Shown one piece after another: positions 22,706-34,591 of a DNA stretch of 64,000 bases; position 1 is the first letter of the stretch, and each line of letters opens with the position of its first letter. A program made the position numbers and the translations under genes. The notes under the pieces are model-generated. The model had not been told where the DNA came from. It worked only from the letters and a program-made list of their open reading frames with translations, and ran no database searches. This DNA is from Marsupella aquatica (Eukaryota; Plantae; Marchantiophyta). Location of the stretch: NCBI GenBank assembly GCA_973895155.1, contig OZ316894.1:310001-374000 (forward strand), read 5' to 3'.

Positions 22706-23203
22706 TGTATCTGTGGTAGTGAGATTGTGAATGGGAAATTTTGGGGATACGTTTGCTCAGCCTGGTATTGTTGAACAGTGAGCCGGAATCGATGTGTAAT
22801 TGAGAATTGAGGATGGGAATTCTATGAGTCCTGCTGTGATTTGGACTGATTTGATTTCTGATTCTATTGCTGCTATTTCGATGTTGAATGTCCCTCAAAG
22901 GATTAATTGCAAGTATCCCTCATCATCCTTCGAGCAGGATCCTTCAAGGAGTCCCTATTCCATGGGCTTGATGACGTACCCCAATCCTCCTTGAAATGTA
23001 ATTGCTACCATATCTGACTCACAATCTTGAAAAAAAAATTGGTGTGCTTAACTCGTGCTGATAACGTGTTCAACTTCGTAACAATCATCACACTCTTTAC
23101 TCCTTCCTATCCTCTTATACATGGGTGGTTACTAAGGCGGTTAATAGTGTAACTACCTTAGTCCTAACCCTTTTGGGTAGACCTAGTCTAAGGAGTTATA
23201 ACA

Positions 23204-23660
23204 CATATGAGTTTTTGAATTTATTTGCCTTTCCAATGAGTGTGAGTATAAGAAATTTTGATCATGAGTTCATGAATTCTTTTAGCTTTCCAACATTGAG
23301 TCCGACATTGACAAATTTCATGTCAGATTTTGTCACGATACTCAAGAGATCAGGAGGTTCTCAATCTCTTTAGCTTTCTAATGTGTGACATTGAGATTAT
23401 TTGTCAAGAAATAGAGAGATCATGAGTATCTAAATTTCTCTAGCTTTCCAATGAACCTAACATTGATAGATTTTATCAAGTACTAAGGAGATGATGAGTT
23501 TTTAATTTTACTCTAGCTTTCCAATGAGTATGACATTGAGAGATTTTATCAAGACATTACTAAAGACGTCACAAGTTTCTAAATCTTGATCTTGATTTTT
23601 CCAATGAATCAAAGATTGGCATATTTTATCAAGTACTAAGGAGATTTATTATTTAGTTTT
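23204..23660. repeat. Degenerate ~55-60 bp repeats with a TAGCTTTCCAATGA core
   Basis: About 7 copies. One more copy lies at ~17165, on the other side of the Copia insertion. Confidence 0.7.
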
Positions 23661-24309
23661 ACAATGTGAAGCCAAAGGGGTTTTAACTATGTACATTTCT
23701 ATCGATTGCTTTTTTCAAACTTGCAAACAATTAAAAAATACAAGCATTTTGATATAAACACTGATATATCTTTGACAAACATCAAAATGGTAACTTTGTT
23801 TTACTAAATGACATCTCTTCCTTTGTATTTTGGTTTTTTTACGTTTAATATTTACGGCATGGCGCCCCAAAAATTACGTTGCTTTTGCCACAAACAGGAA
23901 TGTGCATGTTTGTTATTGTTAAAAGTAGGATCATTCTTGTTTGTGACTGGTTGTGGTGATGTGACGCAACCTCATGGCAGAGAATTTGCAAGAGACCCCT
24001 AATGGGGGTCCGTAAATAAGGTTAAGACTTAAGTTAGGCAGATTAATGGATAATACCCTGAGTAATTAGGTAGGGGTGAGATGAGTTTGAAGAAACTACT
24101 ATCGATGTTCTCGAAGCGCGAAAGGAAGATTGGTGCTGCCAAGTTTGACCGTAGGCGCAACAGAGCAACAGCGCAATGACGTATGGGCGGAAAAGTGCAA
24201 CAGCGCAACGGAGCAAAGGCGCAACAGAGCGAAAGCGCAACGGCGGATCAAGTGGCATAGACCTCTTCGGATCGATAGTTGGTGACAATGCCTTGTTTCT
24301 TGTTACTAT

Positions 24310-26107
24310 GGCAGACGAAGGGGGAGAGATGACCACGAGAGGAGTTCCTCTACCTAAGGCCGTCCCTGTGACATACCCTACGATGAAAAGAAGCTTGCAC
24401 ATTTTGAAGGAAGCACTGGCGGTCATGCACCTGAGTAAATTGCTCACTCTGCCTTGGTCCGTAACTTCATTGAGTTTTCTGAGGGATTTCAGTGATGGGG
24501 CACGAATCGAAGTCGGTATGGTGGGAACTGCTAGGGCGAATCCATAATTCTGGACTCTGCAATTTGTTGCTGATGCTTTCGGCTGTCCCGCCGAAGGTGA
24601 CAGCCTACACTCACGACAAGGAGAGACTGCGAGGCCTTATTTTTCTGGAACTCGAAACGTTTGCCATGGATGGAAAATGGACCAGTGCACCGATTATACT
24701 CTCAAAATCATTTTAGAGTTTTTGATTCCAATTCTCCATCCCATCCGGCCACATATGATACCTGTGTCACTTGCCAATACTATTGTGGCAAGTTGGAAGG
24801 GAGTTGCTCAGATAAATTGGGCCTTGTTGCTAAGATAGGTTATTTTATCTCAAGTAAAGAAGGTGAAAATGGACGAGTTCACTACTCTCCCTGCTTATCT
24901 TTGCCAATTGTACTTTCATGGGAATTGCTTACTTCCAGGCGAACAAGAGGAGCGGATCAGACTCCTTGATGAATTTGATCTTAGTGAACCAGGAAACGAG
25001 GATACTGAAGGAGAAGATGCTGATGAAGTTCAACCGGAGGTTCCCCCACCTATCTGTTCAGAGGTTACCCCTCTTATCCATAGAGAACCACTTGTGGAAC
25101 CCAGAAGAACCTCTTCACCAATTCCTGATAACCCACTATCCCATTTCGAAGATCTCAATCAGGATAGAAGACTTTACACCCCCCTCAATTCCAATCTCGA
25201 TGAGTATGCATCCGAACCAGAACCAGTAGGAACGTCCCCACCTTTTGTACCTGTAGTTGACATATCTATCCCTAATACTCTTCGATCACCCACAGTCCCA
25301 ACTCAAAATTTATCTGTAGACAGCTTGACCCCTTCTATGAGGTCCCGTAAGAGACCCTTCATGTTCAGCAAACCAACGGCTGATGAACTGAGAGTAGAAT
25401 CTAATCAGCAAATTATTGATAAGTTAAGCAACTTATTGATCTGTGAACCTGAGGAGATAGTTGACTCTGTTGAGAGGTTAAGAGCAGCCTCTGTAACTCT
25501 GCCTGAACCTAGTAGTCCCGACTCTCTATACTCTCCAACCCAAGGTCCGACTCAGTTCTATCCCGAAGTGATGGAGCTATTTCGACCCACCTCCAATATT
25601 AGGGTTACAAATATTGCTGAAGCTGAACCAATGGAGGAAAATGATGCATCACCCAGGTTAGAGCTCCAACAGACACTATCTGCTTCCCCAGGTCACTCTG
25701 CTGAACACTATTCTACTCTTGTTAATAAAATGACTGACATGCTGGAGTGTGACGAGAGACACTTAATTGATGTCTTGGATGATCTTCTGCATAAGACATC
25801 AGCTTTACTTACCCGAGATCATCATCGAGAATATTGTGAGGATTTAGTCCACACGCTTACACAGATTTTCGGATGCAACCTGAAGCAAGTCTATTATGCC
25901 GTCCGTTATCATACCTCAGCCTCTGGCTCTCCCATTTACTATTCTTCCCCTTCTTCTAGTCATTCACCCACCTCTCCTTACAGTCCTTCGAATCAACCAG
26001 ACCAGCTGTATCCTAGTTTTTCAGAACCTGAGATCACCCCTACAGGTGAACATCTTGCCATTTCTTATCCTGACACCCTTCCACCAGGTCAAGATAAATC
26101 CTGCTAG
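24310..26107 (+). pseudogene. Retroelement accessory (extra) ORF: N-terminal plant-transposon-protein-like domain plus Pro/Ser/Glu-rich region
   Basis: LLTLPWSV...RANP*FWTLQFVADAFGCP resembles the LASLPWN...LIFGLP segment of the Gypsy extra ORFs in this window. Continues through frameshifts into the 414-aa ORF 24863-26107. Confidence 0.5.
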
Positions 26108-26263
26108 GTCAATTTCATCCCTACACTGCATATTGACCCTAAGACCCCTAAAGAGAATATTACACAATTTGCTGAGTTTGTTAGAGTTTCAGACCTTAGA
26201 ACTCCTCCCATTTTTGAGTTTTGGCAGTACTATCATAAGAAGAGAGTTGAATGTCTCTATATT

Positions 26264-26869
26264 ATGAAGCTTCATCTGAAGGATGTCACCCGCCTAGAGA
26301 TAGCAGAGATGGATGAGATCTGGACAGAGGCTAAATATTTTTGCCCTATTCTTGCTGTCATAATCCTGGTTGGACACATTGTATTGGAGAATGGAGATCT
26401 GGCCCTGGCATACTTTGGGAACTTACGTGCCTATGTCTTGGAATTCATCATCAACTTTTTGAGACAAACCAACAAACGATATCAGGTCGACCATGGTGTC
26501 CTACCAGAGAAACCTTTTATTGCTCAACAATTTATCTCACCAGTTGCTGAGAGTCAGAGAATCTGGAACAACATTACTTCCCAGCAGTTGGCTGATTACA
26601 CCTTGAAGTGGCGGGAACTGTTACCTCGTGTCACCCCACTTCTATCACTTGCCAAGGACTCTGACACCTTCATCAACAAGTTTCCACACAACTACCATAC
26701 TACTTGTTGTAGTTATGATTTGGTCGGCATCTATATGCAAGCTAGCAAGGTGAACACTATGTTTCACAGGAGACTACTTCCCATTCTCAATGTTGAACGA
26801 CAAATCAGGTCTCTTCCATTTGCTCGACATGATATGCAAGTTATGGATTTCCTTCGAGAGGTGATTTGA
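26264..26869 (+). CDS. Hypothetical protein of family A long copy (probably the C-terminal domain of the accessory ORF)
   Basis: 201-aa ORF. Its tail MFHRRLLPILNVERQI persists as MLHRRLLPLLDKDRHI in short copy 1 (8171-8377, minus). Confidence 0.55.
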   Translation: MKLHLKDVTRLEIAEMDEIWTEAKYFCPILAVIILVGHIVLENGDLALAYFGNLRAYVLEFIINFLRQTNKRYQVDHGVLPEKPFIAQQFISPVAESQRIWNNITSQQLADYTLKWRELLPRVTPLLSLAKDSDTFINKFPHNYHTTCCSYDLVGIYMQASKVNTMFHRRLLPILNVERQIRSLPFARHDMQVMDFLREVI

Positions 26870-28377
26870 ACTGAGACATTCAGGAGTGTTCAACAACCGG
26901 ACTAGTCAGCACTACTTCAGGAGGATTGACCTACTCCATCCTTCGAGTTAGGATTAGTCAATCTCCATCATTTTTGTTAAATAGTTATCATAGTTAGAAA
27001 AGTCTCATACTTTTTCAGGAGATAGGCCTTATGTAGCAGACCATACCCTGAAAGTATCGACCAAAACCGACATGTCGTTTAGAAGTTATAGCATTTTTAG
27101 TTTTGCATTAGCGTGAGTGCGCAAAAGCACAACGGCGCTTCCGACACTTAGAAAATTTTCCGGAATAGTGTATTTTGTATCCCACAGCACTTTTCACCGA
27201 TTTTATTAAAGCACTTAGACATCTCAGAAAAGTCTAAAATTCTGCCAGCATGTAGCATGTATGTAAATCTTCCACCTAGTAAAGTTTCACCCCATTTTGA
27301 CTTTTATGTTAGAAATTAAAATTCTGATAAACTCACTATTTATTAGTTTTACCACAAAAGTGCAAAAAACACTTTTACTCCAGTTTACACTATGGATAAC
27401 TTTTGGTCAGTTTTTCATTTCAGCAACATTCTAGTGAACCTTGAGTACTCTTATAGCATATTTTCATACTTTTTACTTTAGTTTATGACCCTTAAGATGT
27501 GAAAGGGCATGTCCTTTCATTATCTCTTTTCCCTTTAGTTTCTGCTAGCCTATATGTAGTAGAGTTTTTGCCACTTTTTGTGTGAAGAAATTTCATGAGC
27601 GCTCAGTTGCAAGATTGCAACTTTGTTACCTCCATTTGTAGCAAGCACTCCATTGCATATGAGTACTTAATACAAAGGAATTCTTCCCCCTTCAAGTCTA
27701 AATGAATGAAAAGTTTGGACCCTTGAAGTAAAATTATTGTGATTGTTAAATCTTTTGAGTATGTGGAAATATATTCCTTGTTGGTGATGTTTCACATATT
27801 CCTTAGACCTTGATGCATAGTTTTTGACGTGACATTGCTTGTGCACAGGATGCAAAGATTGTTACTTACCAATTACTTATGGTTTCAAATTTGATTATGA
27901 TGGTGTCTCTTATTTGTGACACAAAGTACCGATTGGATACAGAAGTGATTGATTACTAGTCTCCACTCAGTACCTTGGAAGGAAAAATTGAGATATGTTG
28001 ACGATATTTTAGTAATCATCCTAGTACCGTAATCCTCTCCAGAAATGTTCTTGCGGATATACCACCTAAATCATATCAAATGAAGTTATGTTGAGGAGTC
28101 ACCTTGGTTGTTTCCTAACTCCCTCACCATACCTCAGGATTTTCATTGTGTTTTATTAATTGTTTCCATTTGTTAATTTTATTTTTAATGTTAAGCAGAC
28201 ATTTAAAACTATGCCTGCTGAGCAACCATAGCAAAAGGCTCACCTTTGTGTTTTTGTTACTTAAGTCATTCAAAAGTGCTAAATCATAGAAAATCATTCC
28301 TTACATGTTCTTCCATGGGAACGAATACCAAGTTTTGGATCTTAAATGTTTATTTATGTCCCTAGTGTGATACTGCA

Positions 28378-30741
28378 GTGGATCTTTTGAGACAGATGCA
28401 ACTTGGTGGAAGACTCGAAGGAGCCTGGGTCAGTTTCGATGTGATGCAACGTATCACAATCAATTGGTTTACTTTTAGTGCGCATGTCTACGACCATAAC
28501 TTCCGTGCACTTTGTACAATTTTCATATGCGAGTTGAAAGGTGAAGACACTGAGTATTTCAAAAAGTCTTGGAGAGTTATGATTGAGGTTTGCAAGGAGA
28601 ATGGATTACAGGAGGTTGTCATCCAAGGGTTTATGGCGGACAATGCACAAGCAGGATGGAATGCTGTGCGGAATGTTTTTTTTGGTGGAGACCCGGAGAG
28701 GGAGCGCTCTGATGCATTTCACTTTTATCAATCTTTCCATCGACATTCCAAGGAAGGAGTACTCGAAGAATGTCAATCGGAACATCGGAGACTTTGGGAG
28801 AAACTAAGAAACGCTCCAACATTTGTGGTAGCGTATCGCGTGTCCCGAGAGATTGTGGTTTGGTGGCAATCTGGAAACTGTCCCTGGAAAGCTCATGATG
28901 CTACAAAACTGGATATCCTGGTGGGTTGTTCGATGGCGCTAGTGGGGCAATTTTATTCGAGTGGGATGACATCCATCTCCTCTCTTGTCTTTCATTTTCA
29001 TCAACTTTATATTAGCGCCAGGCGCTGGTATGATTTGCTCGTATCTTACACGTAAAAACCAGGAATACAATACATTGAGTCCAACATGTCCATAAAGTTC
29101 CAAAATCATAATTGCAATTGTATTTCACGTCTGTTATACATACTTGTCAGTGCCAACGTCGGGCGCTAGTAATATAGTGCTAGTACTGATTATTGCATTC
29201 GGACTATGGCAGAGCAAAAGCGCAGAAGAAGGTGCCTTGATTCCCAACTGTACAGGGTCAGAATCAAGGCATGCGTCGATGAAAGCGTGGGCTACAAAGA
29301 AAAAAGTTGGTCTTTTTGAAGCATGCAAAGTTGACCAAAACCAAGCCCTATCTCAAGTTGCGGGATACAGTGCATATCAGAAAGGGTTGAACAGAGGAAA
29401 GGGACCAACTATATGGGAATTGGCGTTCCGTTCCGCCGATCAAGCAGGTTCGCCAAGGTTATTTGAAGATGCGACCAACATGCTTCTTTCCAACGCGACT
29501 GACTTCAATTTGGAAAGAAGTACTCCCCTTAACAGAGATATCGTGACCAAGTCAATGAAGAGAAAGGGACATGCAACTGGGACTGTCTCTCCACAAGACT
29601 CCCATTGGCATGACACCGTTCTCATAACCACACCAAATACTCGTGGTTTGAAAAGGAAAAACCTAAACAGAACTGACTTTGCCTCCATTCCCTCAAATTC
29701 TAATGATCTTGTGACAAGAGTGGTGAATCTCTCTGGCATGGACACATCAGATGGTGATACTGATTCACTGGACAATACCCCTCAAACAACCCGTACAACA
29801 AGATCCACAAAACCTTCGCTCAGTGCCCCAGCCTCACTTCAGAATCCACTTCCACGCACGATTGTGCTAGAGAAGGATGTCCCTCTGGGCCAGTGGCATT
29901 TGCGACGAACGTCCAAGTATGGAGCAGGTCCCAGTGTAATGGGACACTCAATGGGAGTTCTGATCGTGATGAGTGTCGAAATTGTATCAAGAAGGTTGGC
30001 TTCCATTCGTCTGACGGTGTTGTTGGAATTGTCATGAAGGGCCATTGTCTCTTCAGGGGCGAACCCATCTTTGAAATGATTTGGTTCTGCCCAAACCAAA
30101 CCTGTTATAAGAGTCGTCCGCGTCGTGGTGTTCATCAGCTTCCTCCTCTTCCTGAAATTTTGCCTATTCCGAACGGTACGAGCCTATCTCCTTCTGAAAT
30201 CACGTTCCTCAAAGAGCAAGGATTTGTCTTAGCCCGAACAACAGGATCGAGTCGATCTGCGCCATCTTCGTTTGACCTTAGGATAAATGTGAACGTGTTC
30301 CCAGAAACAATAAGGTTTTTGGAGCCAAATGTCCGGTTGGGTAGTCGGAATGGGAGGAACTCAAGACCTCGGTCTAATCTCACTGTGGGTCACACTAAGC
30401 AAATGGAGTCTGCACGACAAGAAGAGATGAGTTTGGATGGGGAATGGAATGTTCTGACTGGAAATGCTTTTGGAAAGAAATTTCGAATTTGAACCCATGA
30501 GAACCTTCGATCACCAATCACGTACTTTGTGCAAATCTGTATCTTCCCTGCTTGCTCTTGTGAGGACTTCTTCCAATGACATTCGCATGGCAAGTCGTAC
30601 ATGCCTTGTAAACATCTATACTGGGTGTACATAAATGTTTTCAAACTTGAGGTTGAGGAGTCGACTCTTTGTAGCCAACCAATTTTGACTGTGGGCGAAG
30701 TCAGGCTTGTCTTGGAGAGGCAAAACTTGAATGGCTTATAA
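28378..30741 (+). pseudogene. MULE-like transposase, 3' part (DDE core plus SWIM zinc finger)
   Basis: AWVSFDVMQR, GFMADNAQAGWNAVR, SESRHASM, PACSCEDF...PCKHLYWVY. Contains stops, frameshifts and a probable intron at ~28965-29200. Confidence 0.82.
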
Positions 30742-31364
30742 TAGAGGCTGAAACTTTTGTATAGGTTGTTCAATATAACGAATAGTCACTATTTTGTCTT
30801 TACCCAGCGGATATTTTACTTGTTTTATTCAGAATTGTTTGGTTAGCGTCGGGCGCTGCTTCCAGAAATCTTACTTTTCTTGCTTTATTATGTACGCGTG
30901 TAGTGTAAGCATTACAACATGTTTTATTTAAAATGTGTAAGTTGATATCATTATGTTTTATCTTTAAAGCAACGTTTATTCAATTATTCTGAAAAATATA
31001 GTTATCGCTAGGAGGTGTTTTGTCATTTGTTTGTCACGGTACACGGTCCATTTAAGTGAACTCATTTTGATTGAGTTTATTTGGACACTACTCTTCACTT
31101 GTTCTATGGTGGGTCCCACCCTAAGGTTATCTTTTTAGCTTGGACGAATAGTGATATTTGAATGAATGTTTCATTGAGTATAGTCCCCATACCGTGTTCA
31201 GTTATCTTCTACAACAAAATGTTGTTGCAAGGAAGGATTGCTAGCACTCTTCATCCATCGGATGGCACAAAATAATTGTTTGTTTTAAACCTAATTCACT
31301 AAAGCAAAATTATGTGATTAGCGTAGTTTTTCATTCGGACCAAAGGGCTATGGTTGATGCAAAA

Positions 31365-31437
31365 CTGGTAACAGGGAATGCTTACTGGTAACAGGTAAAA
31401 TTTGACTGTTAACAGCAAAATATCTCCTGGTAACAGG
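31365..31437. repeat. Four copies of CTG(G/T)TAACAG at ~21-bp spacing
   Basis: Copies at 31365, 31385, 31406 and 31427. Confidence 0.7.
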
Positions 31438-33632
31438 TTTTCTATTTTCTGTTTTCTATCATGGCTATGATACCCGCCCCCATGGAGACACCACTCCATT
31501 CATATATGCTTTTGGAGACCTGCCACCCTCGGACCAGCTTTGGTCCCTAAACATTTGGCCCCCAACCCGGATCCTATCGTGCATAATGGGTGCGCCACCA
31601 ACTGGCAACGCCCATAACTTTTTCATTAGGCATCCGCAAGCGGAGTGCCTTAGCTCGTTGTGATTGGGCCAACCCAGTGCTCATGCCTAGGCCCTCAGGT
31701 CTGATCGCCGCTCGGGGCCCCCAACCGGCCCAACCTGGATCGGGCCACAACTTGCGCCCCAAGCGTCCGTTGCCCATGGCGTCGACTCCATTGGCCTTGG
31801 GCCCAAGAGGAGCTCACACTCAAGCCCTCAAAACTCAAAGTCCATCTGGAGGTCCGGATGTCCATCCTTAAGCCCGGCCCTTTTTCCCTTGACCCGACCA
31901 GCTATGAGCTAGTTCAAGTCCTTAGTGTGTGTCCCCAACTTGGCTCCTTGCCTCGCTAGTGCCATGTCTCATTGCCCACAAGTCTCCCCATGCTAAGTCC
32001 TCCCCGGATGGCCTAGACCATAAGGGAGCTCGGCGTTGGAGTCAGCGACGCCGGAGCTAAGTGTTAAGGTAGTCGAGTTCCGCGACTCTGCCACTGCCGC
32101 AATCCGGCGGCGAGTCCAACGCTATCGTTGGAACTCATTCCGCTGTCTTAAACGTTGTTCCTCCTGTTCCCCCGATGTCTCACCCGTGACCACCCACCAA
32201 TTGTGGTATTCTTCATAAATGTTAGGACCCCATTTGTCCTCAAGCTCAATTTTGTCGTCCACGGTATCAGGATTGGGTTGGTATACCATGAGGTACACCT
32301 GAGTTGGCGCTGGTGGTTCTCCGCATCTAATTATGGGGTCCTTCCCCTTCAAGAACTTGACGCTTATTAACAAATTGTATATCCGCACGGCTACTGGCCC
32401 TGCACGGCTAAACAACTTTCACATAATCATTTCTTTACACTTCATCTCGTGTCACGGCATAAGCTTCGTTCTTGCGCGGATTTTGACTTAGACGGGCATA
32501 ATCTTCATTAGTTTTGAGGGTTCGGGCAAGGAGGGATGTGCACACTGAACCTTATTCCCGTAATCTAGCGCTAAGTGCACCTATTTCTACCTATGGAAAT
32601 ATCATGGGTATAGTTTGTGTTCCACCGCCGGAATGTACCTTAAGTCGATAGTTGGATCGACCCCAACTTAAGGGCTTCTAAGCCTTTGTAAAGTCCACCT
32701 CTGATCCGGATCCAATGATACGGGTATCCAACCCGGGCTCGCAACCACCATCCGCAACCTACACCCCGTGCACGGCTCGGATGATACATTTGGCCAGGCA
32801 TTCTCTACCCATATACGAGATTCATACATGAAACGGAACTCACTCACATACAATCTCGGTTTACACAAATGGAATGGTGGGAAAAGACTTTACTTCAGAA
32901 ACCGTCATACACATATACACGGTTGACTTGACATCTCTTGAGTAAACAGGCCCAACGGCAGAGCGGCGTACACTACAACGGAGGCCGGCTCCGCACTCGC
33001 CCATCGAGCTTAGTCGTACCCTCCCTCCTTGGTATCTTTTACTCACAAAGGCCGGGACTCCCCGCACATCCTACGGATACCCGGTTCTAAAACTAAAATC
33101 CCCCCTGCCTCTACCGAGGGATGCACTAAATACTTAGAGTTGGGGTCCGGACCGACCTCGTGCTTGAATCTAAGCTATCCCAAATTCTAAACTCTGCTAA
33201 CTGTCCGACCGTAAAATGGCGTGTCTTATTCTAAGATCCTAACTACGAAGGTTGGTTGGATAGGACAACATCGCTAACTAGTTTCAGCGCTTGTCCTTAT
33301 CGCCTGACTATCCTATTCCTAACTCTAACCTACACCTATCCGGCCGCTAATGTCTGGCACGCTTGCTAGATCCACCAGAGTTGGACTTGGAGCGGCCATC
33401 CTGTTGCCTTCTGAGCCGGTCGGCGTCTTGCTTGAGGAGCTAGACCTGGTCCAGCAGAGATTTGTTCTCTCGCTTTGTCACGTCCGTCTCTTCCGCGGCT
33501 TCCTGACACGCCTTTTCCAGTTGTTGGACGTCGCTCGTCAGCTTGTCCACCAACTGGGCCTGCTTTGAGGCTTCTCCTTGAAGCCGTGCCACTTTCGCCT
33601 TTAGGACGTCTATCTCGGTCGTGTCCCACTGG

Positions 33633-33919
33633 CTCGGGGGGTTGACTATCAAAAATCTTAGGAACTACGTGCGATCCAAAATATGTATTTTTGATATAAA
33701 TTAACTAAATTTTTAAAAAGCGTAGGAGGAAAAAGAAGGTATTATAAACTCATGTTTATAGAATATTCTCTAATATATACTTTTTATAAAATAAAATAGG
33801 TTATTAATATTGAAAATGGAGAATATTCTTGGAATATTTTCTTTATAAAATAGGTCTATTTATATTAGGCTAGGATTGCACGTGGTACCCCAAAATATAC
33901 ACTTAGTTAACCCCCCGAG
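33633..33919. mobile_element. MITE (287 bp), TIR CTCGGGGGGTTRACT, 8-bp TSD
   Basis: Perfect TSD CCCACTGG at 33625-33632 and 33920-33927. Inverted homolog at 54333-54620. Confidence 0.93.
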
Positions 33920-34591
33920 CCCACTGGGCCCGAGCGTCGGCCTCCTCCACATCCTTTTGCCAGATGACGGCTTGTCCCTTAAAACCGTCAATCTGGGTTC
34001 AGAGCCGTGCGATCTCGGCGTCCTTCCCGACTCTGGCCTACTCTGCCAAGGATGCCCGGGCCCTAGCTTTGGCCACTTGATCTTCAGTGGCTGCTACCTG
34101 AGGCCGTAGCAGTTGGAGTTCGATCTCCCGGGCTGCAACTTTGTCTTTCGGGTGGGCAGACTCAATCCGATACCACTCTATTCTCTGCGTAGCCTCGGCT
34201 TGCGCATATCCTGCTTGCACGAGTGCAACCAACTCCTGGTTGAAGAAGTAGGCCACCTTCCGTGGCATGTACTCCCCGGTATCCCGTGCAATTTGTTGAG
34301 AGAAATCTCCCAGCAACCCATTCAAAAATGTGCCCGGTGCAAAGAGTTATGGGCTTTCCAGATTATGCCCCTCCGGGTTTGGGCAAGGACAAACCTCAGC
34401 TCGCGCGAGAGTTGGAGTGGTGACGTCCAACCCTTGAAGTATGGCGGGAGAGGGGGCTGGGTTCGTTGGGGCTGGGCGGTTCTTCTGACCAGTCGTGGAG
34501 GTTGGCGGGACGTCCTCTACAACTACAGTCTCGGGCGCGGATCCGGCCTCTGCCAGCCCGACTTCAATCGCGTTGACCCAGTTGATTGCGT

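Larger units (their letters stand above)
17209..23203 (-). mobile_element. Full-length Ty1/Copia LTR retrotransposon, Bianca-type
   Basis: 137-bp LTRs at 17209-17345 and 23067-23203 with 1 mismatch. TSD CATAT. PBS CGTTATCAGCACGAG. PPT at 17346-17355. Order gag-PR-INT-RT-RH. Confidence 0.97.
16428..28377. mobile_element. TG...CA element, family A long copy (~5.95 kb excluding the nested Copia) carrying ORFs
   Basis: TGTAAT...ACTGCA with 5-bp TSD GTGGA at 16423-16427 and 28378-28382. Splits the MULE motif GSGVD|LLRQMQ. ~26750-28377 and the first ~70 bp match the short copies in reverse. Confidence 0.88.

Noticed and set aside
31500-32449. GC-rich segment and 97-aa ORF 32122-32415 as a gene or separate element
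   Set aside because: No recognisable domain, termini or TSD. Left unannotated.
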